This document shows, piece by piece, positions 12,043 to 24,000 of a stretch of DNA of 64,000 nt (position 1 is its first letter; each line of letters begins with the position of its first letter). The position numbers were made by a program, and so were the translations under genes. This stretch comes from Phoronis australis. Taxonomy: Eukaryota; Animalia; Phoronida. Under the pieces are notes generated by a model. The model made no database searches and had not been told where the DNA came from. It saw nothing but the letters and a program-made list of their open reading frames with translations. The stretch is from the NCBI GenBank assembly GCA_002633005.1, contig NMRA01000291.1, positions 104,026 to 168,025 of the forward strand. Direction: 5' to 3'.

Positions 12043-15000
12043 ATGAGTATCCTTTCAAGCCGCTCAGAGACATCGTCTTTGGTTGGTGAAAACTATCCGT
12101 GGACTTGGCGTGGACATGGAGGCGTGGTGCCTACTGAGGAAAATGTGGAATTCGATCAACAGTTGGATAAACTGTCTCACTGGCTCGAGGAATGGAATCA
12201 TAAACAAGTAAGAAACTTGAAACCAGATTGTTCAGCATGTTCAGTGCGTTGTTACTGGAGTGATTATTTTTGTGTTGAAATTGTCATGGATGAATACAGA
12301 GCAAACAGTTGAAGAACTTGCAGCTGTGATGATCATGTGTCTTAAAATAAAATTGGCTGGATCAGTGTCTTAGTGAACAGGCAGTTATCTAGACGTGACC
12401 AGGTGGCTAGGCACTTCATATGCTGGAAGCTTTTTGGCAATTTATGCCTCACACTGACTAAAACATTAAAGTCATGTCGTTATAAATAAATTTTGCGCAT
12501 AGAGGGACACCTTAAGAGGCCGTCCATGTATTTCCTTCCAACTCGAAGAAATACTTCCGTTATCAAACTTTTTATTCAAGCAGTCCCTCGTTCAGTTGAC
12601 AAAATTGGTAACTGGCCATTTTTACATTGCGCACGCCAGGGGATGTGACATCATACCACCTGCCGCGCGCAGTGTTAAAAATGATGCACTTCGATGAGCG
12701 GTTGAAATCAGGAATATTTCCACGGCTATACACTTCGCCGTTCTCCGACATGATCTGCAAAAATGTGCTTGATTTCCAAAACGAGGTCACACGCTTTCTT
12801 ACCTCCAGGACAAAGAAGAGTGCCATCGCTGTGTAATCAGGGACTTCCCTATTAGTTACTGATGCTAAAAATTGTCATTCTACTGTTATTTTACTTCTGA
12901 ATTTGTGGAACAATAATATGCATCGCCTTTCAATGCCACAAAATAGAGCGTCACCTATTGGCCAATTTCTTTCTTCAGTCAGCTATTCGTCTTCCACAAG
13001 TTTGCATGCATGTCGCAATAAATGCTTGAAATTGGTTTCACTTTGTTATAGAGTATTTTCTAACGAGTAAACTGAATTTCTGAGAAAATTTTGCTTCGGT
13101 GATGTTGTCATCATCATCCTAAAGATATCCGATGCAATATACATGTGCATGACATGAGCGTACAGTTTTCTAGTGGAAAGCATACTTCCTTCATTCAGGG
13201 CTTGGAATTTTCCGAGGAAACGCGGATTTCCGCTTTTTTCAAATGTGCTTTCCGCTTTTTTTATAATATTTCCGCGTAAAAAAATCGGATTTGATATAAA
13301 ATTTCCGCGGCAAATTCCTTTCTTACCGCGGTGTTGCAGACGACGTTCACCTCGAAAAGCGGAAGTTGCTCTTTATGTTTCGGAGGAACGTAAATTGTCA
13401 ACATTGCCGGGGCATCTGGGACATCGTGGTGGGATTTTCAATGGCGTCTCGTGTTATTGTTAAGCGCGGCGACAAATACTACCGCTCTGCAGCCAAAAAT
13501 GTGTGGGTTGGGAGTGGACGGACGAGCTAAAAGGATGCAGACGCATGGTACTGATGGTGGTTAGTCCTCCCGATTTTTGTCGGGGAAAGGTTCACATTGA
13601 CCATTTCAAGGCTGGTTATCGGGCATGATTTGGGCCGTAAAACTTTCCGCGTTTTTTGTCATTGGTCATTCCAAGCCCTGTTCATTACAAAAGACAGAGA
13701 ATGGGAAGAAAATGATGTTTGTTAATGATGTTTGTTAAATTGTTTCTCAATAGCGGATTTGCAGCGACGCCATATTGAAATTAGGTTAAAATGGTGCATT
13801 GTGGGTGCTGTGGTCAGGATTCCGAAAGCGGCCTTAGTAACAAGCATAATACGCGGTATGAGCGCGAAGAAAACTTACGGCGGATACACTTGTTGTGTTC
13901 CTGGCTGCTTCAAAAACAACAAGAGAGATAAAAATCTGAGTTTGTATGTGTTCCCTGCAAACCAAGAACTTCGTGAAAAATGGATAAACAACATTAGGAG
14001 ACCTGGGAGTAAGGGGAAATTTAGCGCATTCAAACGAACGCGGGGCCATCTAGTAGGCAACACGTAGCCCCTCGGTTGGCCATGTAGGGGCTACAATACT
14101 TCCATTCGCTTTCTGTACTCATTTCGTTACTCCAGTGTATTTTAAACGGGCCGTGACCGGATTTGGGTTACCGATTTCGAGTTTTCACCTCGTCAAAAAT
14201 ACACTCTACACTTAAAACTATCATTTAAAAAACGCTTACTTTCATCATTGGTCCTTTCTACTTCTATACATATCTTTAATGAAGCTTAGTTGTGACAATT
14301 AAGTTGACTTTGGCGAAGAATTACAACTCCACTTTTTTGGTTGCCGTTAATTTTATCACCGCGTGCGCGATAACTACAAAGCATGTCAACTGAATCCCGT
14401 GAGTTAGGCGCAAGGTTAGACTGAGCGAAGCGCGTGACGCTAGCGCGCGACACTTGTAAAATAGCATGAGAAGGTATCGGGTGAAACTTGTAAGATGTGT
14501 GTTCCTTGGACTTTTTATTCGTCAACATGCGTAATTTCACGTAACTTCCTCAAAATGGCACCCGGTAACCGTGACTGAGAGAAACTCGAACAAACCGCAA
14601 CAGATTTTCATCGATTCGTTCAAGTTTTGCTGACTAAATTGTATCCAGAGTCGTGGTATGTGTTAATTATAACTCCGTGTTCCTATATGTATGCCGGGTT
14701 CATTTGATTTTATTTGCTGTATTTTGAAATGAGTAACTTTTTGTGAGGATGTACTATCGCCCCTGAATGCCTGCGGCATCCAGTGTGATGTAATTGCCTA
14801 GGGGCCATCGTGTGCATGTGCAGCGAACATTTTCCTGGTGGAAAAAAGACTGATGAGAACAACATTCCGACGGAGTTTTCACTTAAAATTAACGTCTCTA
14901 CCATATCCACGACGAAAGCTACAAAAGTTAAGCAACCCAAGAACTCTCAACTTGTCTGAAACAGGAGGAGATTTCGAAATCAACGCCGATAACCCCAATA

Positions 15001-18000
15001 CTGAACACGGCGACAGTCGTGCTCTCGGTCACACGGTCACTGATCATAGCTACGCTGTGTTTACAAACGAGAGAGAGGCCTTGCTTGGTATTATAAAGCA
15101 AAAAATGAAACATGGTTTTTAGTTTGCAAATCACTCCAAATGCACACACTATCCAGCCTGCTCAAGACATGCCTGACCACAAGCTATCCCATGAGCCTTC
15201 GCGAAGGAAGTAACTCGCACATGCGCAATGCGTAGTTCGTCTGCGCTGCAAATCCGCTATTGAACAGTTCTAACACCTAATGGGGTTTCATTTGACTCCC
15301 AGATTTTGTGGCATGTTCCTTGCCCAGCGGAGTTACCCGGACTATGTGAAATTTTTAGGTCTATGTGATTTTAACACTATGTTTTTAGCTGTATTTTGAT
15401 GTTAATATTGATGCAGCTAGTTGGCTGACTACATTTATTTAGAAGAGTTTAAAAATACAGCAAATAATATCTAATGAAGCCTGGATGTATACGCCGTGAG
15501 TTATAATTAAGACATTCCCTCAAAACAATTTAGTGAATGTAATTTGAACATATCCATCAATTTATGTTTCACTTTTGCTTCTCTTGCTAGCTGCCATTTT
15601 GAGGTATTTTACAAATCTATTCCCCTTTCCGAACTCGTGGGACACTTTCTAAACATATAAGTGCTCAACCTGCCTGTTAAAACAGTTTAACAAGACCAAA
15701 AAGTGGAGTTTGTAATTTCTTTTTTAAATTCATTTTAATTCTGTTAAATATGTATCATTGAGGGTATGCTTAGAACCAGAAATGGCCACTGAGCTAAGTA
15801 AGCTCTTGTATTTTTTACTAGGTGAAAACTTCTTTTTGGAAGCCAAATTCCGGTCGTTTAAAATAAATGGGGCTGAAATGCATACATAGTTGATAGAAAA
15901 TATTGTAGCACACTAATGTTGTAGGCGTTGTCTACTACCTCCCCTCATTAGAGATCAACATCATAATCGACATCGTTACTGAGTTCTCAGGATATATACA
16001 TGCAAGTAGAATGTCTAAGCATGTGTTTCATTAATTAGCTTTGCCAAAACATAGTGGCCTTTGTTCATAGCCAGCAAACTGCAGTGTAGCCCCAGCCAAT
16101 AGAAGGATATTCTGATAAAACTATCTGATTCCTTATCAGCATGAAAATTTGTTTTTCATGAGAAATATCCATCCCAATCAGTATTTTTCTGTACGAGAAG
16201 TGAATCATGACTATAAGTCTCCCATGAATACATTTGTCAGACTTGTTTTGATACTTTTCATGGACACGGGAGGCATATATATTTTTCTTGCCCACTAATG
16301 ACAATGAAATTTAAAGGAATAGAAAGGAGGAATGCAGTAACCTTTGATAAATCAGAAAATATAATATTTCAGTTTTATTGCTTTATTATTTATATAATTA
16401 CTTTAAACCAATTTTTTTACTTGAGGTATAATAAATACAAGCATATGTGATTAAGGTCAGCTAGAGTCCTAACCACAAGTCATGAAGCAGTGAGTAGTCA
16501 GAAATTTGGTGAAGGAGCCGTTTATACTGTTTGTAACTAGATAGATAAGACAACTGTGAAAGTGGGAAAAGTGTCTCAAGAGAATTTGTGGCAATTATTT
16601 TTGGGATACAAGAATTCTGTAAACGTATACTTGTTAATTGATTAGCACTCGCTGTATATTTGTATGGTATAATTGATGGCTCACTGGTCTTTGTTCTGTG
16701 CTTTCATCATTAGCTAACACTAATTAATTATTCAAAGAAAATTTCCTGTTCCTTGATGTAAAACTTGATAGTAGGCTCAAGAGTAAAAAGTGACGACCAA
16801 AAAAAAACAATACAAAAAAACACCACCAAATGTCTGCTTAATATGTGTGAGGTGTCAATTTCCTACTCATATTTTACTTTTTTCTACTCATATTTTGAGC
16901 CATGCTATGTACAAAAATTTTCTCCCCAGAAATCAAACTCATTGACTTGTGTTAGTTTGGTTGTTATTGTTAGTTGTTATATTAGTGATTTTGATTTTGT
17001 TGTTATTATTGTTATTGTTAGTTGTTATCTTAGTGGTGTTAGTTTTATTGTTATTGTTAGTAGCATTATTATTTTGCTATTTATTTTTACTGTTTGACTG
17101 TTCCAGAGGTGTGATGTGCTAGAGGAGCTCCTCAACTCCAGTAACTACAACCAGTTCCAGTTACTATGGACCGTCATGCAGCCTGTCCTACACAGAGACT
17201 TTATGTACCAGGCACAGAGTCAATTCCCCACCATAAACTTTCAGCCTGTTAGTACACATCTTAGCCGTAAAGTGAAGGTAATTATTTTAATCTACATGTT
17301 GATCAGCTGTATGGGATTTTGAAAATTTACAGGTTTTAGTTTTGTTCAAGCTTTTTATGATTTTCTGTTGGTTTATTGACTGTGTTACGGACTCCTGCAA
17401 TTAAATTACATATTAATTACAAGTGGAATGATACCAAATTTAATGAAATATTTACAATGGAAATGTGGTAAGGAAGAAAATAATAAATGTGATGAGATCA
17501 GGAGTATGATACGTTGTTAGGAGTTACTTTTATAAGTGCTATCCTGTAAACAATATTATGAGTAATATTTTTTGCCGTGCGGCCTTGTGTACTGAATGAA
17601 AGGCTTTGCAAATCATTTGATTTGAAATTATTGAACATAAGGTTCATTTATCCAAAATATACTTGTAATTTTATTTAAAATCTTGGATGATTCATTCATT
17701 ATGTTAGCCATTATGCTAGCCCAGTAAATAATGATGTTATATTGTCATTCATGTTACACTTTGTCATTGTTATTTTTAACATAGTGTTATATAATGACAT
17801 ACTCCTCATGGCATTGAATGAGATACAGTCTCACTCAAAATTCCTTGTCACTTTTTCATTTTTAATTGCTTTCAGCGATTAACACGTATCAGAAACTTGT
17901 GAACTTCCAAGGGCAATATATAATATGAATGCACAATTATTCTAATATTTCACACTGAGCTTGTAATCGAAAGGATTTCAAGGTGCATACTCGAACAAAA

Positions 18001-21000
18001 TTGTAAGCCCCTATTGTGGTTACACGAACCTCCGTTGTATGCCATTTTGAAAATTTAGCAGCAAAGTGGACACATTTGGATAACTTCTCCATAGGAACGA
18101 ACGGTGAAGAATCGTATGGACAATTACTTCAGAGTGGACAGTGCCTATCTGAGAAATTCAAGACAGGTGAAAGAGGAATGTAGAGTGGAAACACCATCAA
18201 GCTCAGCTAGGTGGGTGGAGATAAAATCTTATTTTAAAATTTTAATCATAATTGCAGCATTAACAACTAAATGTTTCTTGTTGAAATTCTATTTATTAAT
18301 GTCCTTATGCAGTCTAACTATTCCTTGCATTAACCATTTGACATATTGCTTCAAATTTTTATAATTAAAATTGTACTGTGAAAATTAACCTTGTGGTGTA
18401 AGATAATTAGAAATGGCCCATGTAAATGTGGGTTAACATACTTTAGTTTCCAGATAGTACATATAGTGTGAAGATCACTTCTATAATTTCTTATTTTTGT
18501 CATTACGGAATAACATGAACACAAAGCACAGGCTGTTTTGTATATTCAGAGGCACACATAAATGAGAAAAATTTTGCATTCAGTATTATTATAGAGACGT
18601 TTAGTGAATGTATGTCTGGCACTATTTTGACACTACTTGGACCCAGAAATAGGAATAGAAATGAACAGTCACATCACATTGTATTTGCACATTTCTATTC
18701 CTATTCAGTGACCACGTGGCATTTTAGTACTTGAAATTTGTTTAAAAGTTTTGTGCTATTGTTCATCGGGGTTTCCAAAAATGGTTGCGCCCATTGTGTG
18801 CTCCCAGTGAGTTGAGGATTATGACTGACCAAGCCCTGGTAATATATTACACAGCTCTCAGTAATTTTAAATGCTATATAAACCTGTCCTGGTTTCTAAT
18901 TATTTTTTGTTATTTTGGCATTTGAATTTTATTTGACTGGGTACAGAATGTCAAATGATGCATAGTAAAAATGAAAATAATTGTGATACTAATTAAATTA
19001 TCCACAATTATTGATTATTACATTTATGAACTTACTTAACATAACACTGCTGTATTGTTTCAGATTAACATTTAAGATTTAGTCATTCACATTAACAAAG
19101 CGAGCTTACATTTGTTTTAGCTCCAGCGCACGCTTGAAACATTCCAGTTTACCAAACATATCTAATGGACTGATCTCTAAAAGTAAATCACATGTGAAAT
19201 CCAAAGAAAACTTCAACTGGGGCTTAGTTGCTTCAGCTCCAGCTTTAGATAGGTAAGTAAAATGTCACGGGCAGTAAAGTAGCCAAGTTTTTTGTTTTTG
19301 TAACAAAGCTTACCATTTTGTTGCCACATTTTCTGGTCACATCACTAATTACCGCACACTCTTTGAAGATGGATAGTCATGATGTAATCCATTCAGATGT
19401 AGTTACCCTGTGACTTTTGTCAGAGACATGCTTCATCTGTCAGTCAATGTTTTTGCTTGTTAAATTGTAATCAAGACAACTTTGGTTTAATTTCCTGGTG
19501 TTCCTTGATGTTATTTTTGCATTTTCTTATGAGAAATGGTTTGCAGACATTTCTCATTCTAAGTTGAATTAAAGTTTAGGAATTTTTTATTAATTTATTT
19601 ACAGTAATCAATTTAGCTCAGCCTTCAGAATACTTTGCAAACATGAGACAAAGTGGACCATGAAATGCTCTATGCTGCTATCTTGTAATGATCCATCTTG
19701 TAATTTATAATTTCTTTGGCTTTAGATTTATAGAAATGCCTGTTCGCCGGCACATGCAGACACATCCATCAGAAGAAGCAAAGCCGGCAAGTGCTGAGAG
19801 AGTTAAGTCTAATTCCAGCAGAAGGGGTCACTTGTCATGGGGTCGAAGTCGGTCAATGTCTCCAGTTATTCAGCCACCAAACTTGCCAAAGAATGCTCAA
19901 CTACTTTTGCATTGGTTTACTAAGTGCTGGAATGGTTAGTAAAATTTGTTTAAATACATCACAGCTGCCTCTGTCTTTTGCTTGTCTGTTTTGTTGTAAT
20001 GAATTTAGTGAATGTTTTTACTGCAGTAGCATGTCTTACATTATGAAAACTTGAGACAACCATTTTGCAAAACGTTTTTGTGTAGGTTTGTATATCCCTT
20101 TCTTCCTGATGGCCGAAGTTGTTGATGCGTCAACACCTTCTTTGCAGGTCAAGAGGGTGCCCTAGTTTTAAAGAAATTGGCAAAGCTCTCTTCATGGAAA
20201 AATGACAATTTATTAGCAATTCGATTTCATTTTTTGATGCCTTCAAGTTATATGATGAAATCAGCATCATGTGCACATTCTCATCAACTTTTCTTCAACT
20301 GTTGTCTGCCTTTTACCTACTTTCACTGCTTGTTGTTCAGGATTTTCACCTTAAAACAAAAAACTAGCTGAATTTAAATCAAATATGAACTAGGTGAAAT
20401 TGATGACATATTGTCAGTCTATTTTGCAATTATATGAAATTACTCTATGGTCACATTTGTTTTCCCCGAAATAGTTACCAAAGTCATATTTAAATATGGT
20501 GTTACACCATGTTTGAAAATTCCATGCCATTTTTGGAAAGAGCCATTTTTGAAATTTCTGAGAATGTTGAGCCATGTTTGAAAAGCTTAGTTTTGTCTGT
20601 TTAACAAGATAAATGATGGAACTAGTGTTGCATTGTGATAATTACATTATGCTCTTTCTGTAAAAATAATATTGACATGTGTAAATGTAATTATTTCTGT
20701 GATTAGAAGAAAGGGTGATTACGACTCTAAAACCTGGCGCACTAATTAATACCATGTTTATATTTTTATTGAGGAGAAGCCATAGTTCTGTATTTCAAAG
20801 TTTTCCATTTTTCTGGTTATGTTTTGCTATCGTTCAATTGCATTTTTATTTTTAATTTCTCTATTTCTGAGGACTTAGTATATAACATTGTTCACTTTCA
20901 GATGTTCAACGAAATGAGTTCCTTCACAAGCTGGTGTTGAAACTAGATGCCAGACAATACTACTTTATTGCAACATTTTTAGTGGTAAGTTTGCTGAATG

Positions 21001-24000
21001 ATATCTTACTCGTTATACCTGGTTTGGCCAATTACAATTAGTTGTGGGTGTAACTTGATATCTTTGTGAAATTGCCAAACGAGCTGTATCAGAAAAATAA
21101 TAAACTGTAGTTGTTGTATTTGCATGGCCTGTGATCACCAGATGTGACATCAGAATGCCAGAAACTGAAGACTTGTTAGAAATTGTTAAGTATATATATA
21201 TAAAACATGTTTACAATATGTCTGGTGTTTAAATGACATATCGTTATTTTATCATTAATTTTGTCAATAACTTTGTTTCTTTTTTGAAATATTGCCTCCA
21301 TTCAAATATCTTTACAACTTATAAACTTCTTCAGGTGAAAAATTACAAGGACTTTTTAACTGGCCTGCCACTGACCCTGTCCTTAGAGGTCCTCAGTTAC
21401 CTGACACCCATAGAGTTGTTAACTGCAGCCAGGGTGTGCAAATCTTGGAAGAAACTGTCATACAATGGTACTCTGTGGAGGCAACACTGTCTTAAGCTAA
21501 ACCCAAGTAAGTGCTTGAATTTTTTACCGAATTTTGTTTTGTATTGCTCTTCAGCTATTTGCTGTTGTTCACTTATTGTTTTGTGTTTTGTTTTGACTCA
21601 CATTTTTATTCTATTTTTTAGATATAAAAGCTCCTTCAGTAGGAAAACCCAACTGGAAAAGAATTTACAAAGAAAATCTTCACCTCAAAAAGAACTGGAA
21701 TACAGGCCAATACAAGATTGTCAACTTTCAAGGACACTCTCACAAGTAATTATCATCTTTACAGTCATATTATTTTTATTAAAAACCCATTTTAAAATTA
21801 TTGGGACAAACGAAATGAAGTAAACATATGTCATTTATAAATTTGTCGGTTACTATTATCACTGGTGTATTGATGGGAGTTATTTTGAGCTTGAGAAATT
21901 TGTGTAAACGTGAGTGTCTATGAAAACGACATTTTGGTTTCTGCTGGTCTTTGATTCCTTCAGGTATAAAGACTGATCTTCAAATATCTTGCTATATACC
22001 ACTAAAACTTGCATTACCTGACTGTGTTACAGAAGTGGATATGTGACGTGTATGCCCAAGTGGCTGGGTATGGTCACCATGCTGGTATTGTTTTCGTAGA
22101 GTTTTGTATTTGCTCATGGAATTCCTGTCACTACAATGGATGGATAGTTAATTTAATTTTCGCCCACACCATTGCAGAGTATTGTGCGTCACAATAGACG
22201 GGAAACATTTAGCTAGCGGAAGTATGGATAAAACAATACGCATCTGGGACATCAGAAATGGCCGACTGCTCAACACGCTCAAAGGTCATTTGAAGGGCGT
22301 CTGGTGTTTGCAGTTTTTCACAAACAGTTTACTTGTCAGTGGATCGTACGATGGTACCATCAAGGTATGTATTAATGGAGTCAGCTGGAGGCACTGATGT
22401 GCTCTTGTAAACTGAGAATTGTATTACAAAATTTTGTTTTTGATAAGTAATTAATTGAATCAATCAGTAGAGGGTGAATTGATTTTGTCATATGCGTGGT
22501 TTTTCTGAAAATTTGTATTCTTACCTAACCCGATTTTTCATGTGTTATTTTACAAAAAAAATAGAATTAGTATTTAATATTCCTTTTCTGCACTTTAATG
22601 ACCTCCCACTTTCGCAGTGTTTATGACTGTTACAAATTCATTTATGGTGGTTTTGTTAATGTGAGACAATTATGTCAAAAGTCAATTTTTCACAATTTTT
22701 CAATTATTGTTTGAAAGAATTTCCATACTTTTAGACAGTGTTCATGAACATTTCTTAATGTCCTAAGATTCTGACTAAATTTGTTATGCACATAGCTTGC
22801 AATCTTTAAAATAGTATGTGTAATAATTTTCAGTGTCATAAATTAAGGACTTTCTGTCATAAATTCATTTGGGCTCATCTGTCTCGTGTTTCTCTTCTTT
22901 TCTTCTTCAGAACTCTTTCTCAACTCTGTGACACTCCCTCTCCTTACCCGCTCTTCCTGTGTATCTCTTGTCATTGAGGTGTGTAAACTGTTCCGTTTTG
23001 CGTTTTGTTCTTACATTCTGTAATCTGTTTGCAGTCTTTAAAACCGTGCCTAACAGAATATTTGTGCATAGATTAATTATATGTTAGCATTCTCTTTCCC
23101 TTCTGGCTGCTGTTTATTTAATCATTTGTCTGTGTAGGATCAAACAATTTTCAGGTGAACAGTAACAGGCATTTAAAGAAGAAAATCCTGAAAATAAGTT
23201 TCGTTGGGATATACTGAAGATTATCTGAAATGTTTAGTATTGCCATGACATGTTTTGCAATATAAATTTTTGTTAGTTTTTGCGTTTGTGCATGTGCTTG
23301 AATATATAGTTGCGTTTGACACAATTATTCAGTGGTCCTTGGAATAAAAGTGTTGCCCTCAGTGGTAAGCCTTGTGTAATATTTCTTTTCCATGTTTTTT
23401 TATTTTTCAGGTGTGGAACCTGAGAACCTGGTCTACTGCTCGTACATTATTCGGTCACGATGGTCCAGTCTGGACTATAACCAGACGCAGCAATATTTTG
23501 GTGTCAGGATCTCAGGATAAAACTGTAAGCAGATGTCACCTACATTCGTTAATATAGCTATAAATCAAAATTTGCAGAATATGTGACAGTTATATTTGTT
23601 TATTACTTTAATGGATGCTTGTTCAAGTTTAATAATCGGTCATCCGACTATCAGGTGATAACCTAGAGCCATTACAATGATGCATAAAAAGATGGTTTTA
23701 TTTAAAGACTGGTTATGTCTTATCTTTAAAAATAAAAAGAGTCAAAGCTAACAATTACCACAAAAGGTCACAAAAAATTACAACCCACTCATGTTCAAGC
23801 CAATAGTTAATATGCCAAACTATGGGAGGCGCCAGGGGAACAGAGCTAGCATGTGATGCACCCCTGTGCGCTGCTCGTTCATCACGTTTTTAAAGTGTTA
23901 TAAGCAATATCTTCACCCCATGGGTATCATTCCCAATATGCTGAAAACAACACCCATAGGTTGAGGCAAGGCTGCTTCTAACCTATTCTGACAGCTATAT

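Larger units (their letters stand above)
13752..15258 (+). mobile_element. ISL2EU/PIF-Harbinger-like THAP-bearing transposon, internally deleted
   Basis: Perfect inverted repeat TCAATAGCGGATTTGCAGCG / CGCTGCAAATCCGCTATTGA, read as an AT TSD plus AG..CT termini. Encodes a THAP domain; no DDE domain is left. Confidence 0.7.

Noticed and set aside
12340-13150. CpG-rich transposon-like sequence, with similar stretches at 29050-29860 and 33400-35500
   Set aside because: Probably old TE fragments, but paired termini or TSDs could not be established by eye.
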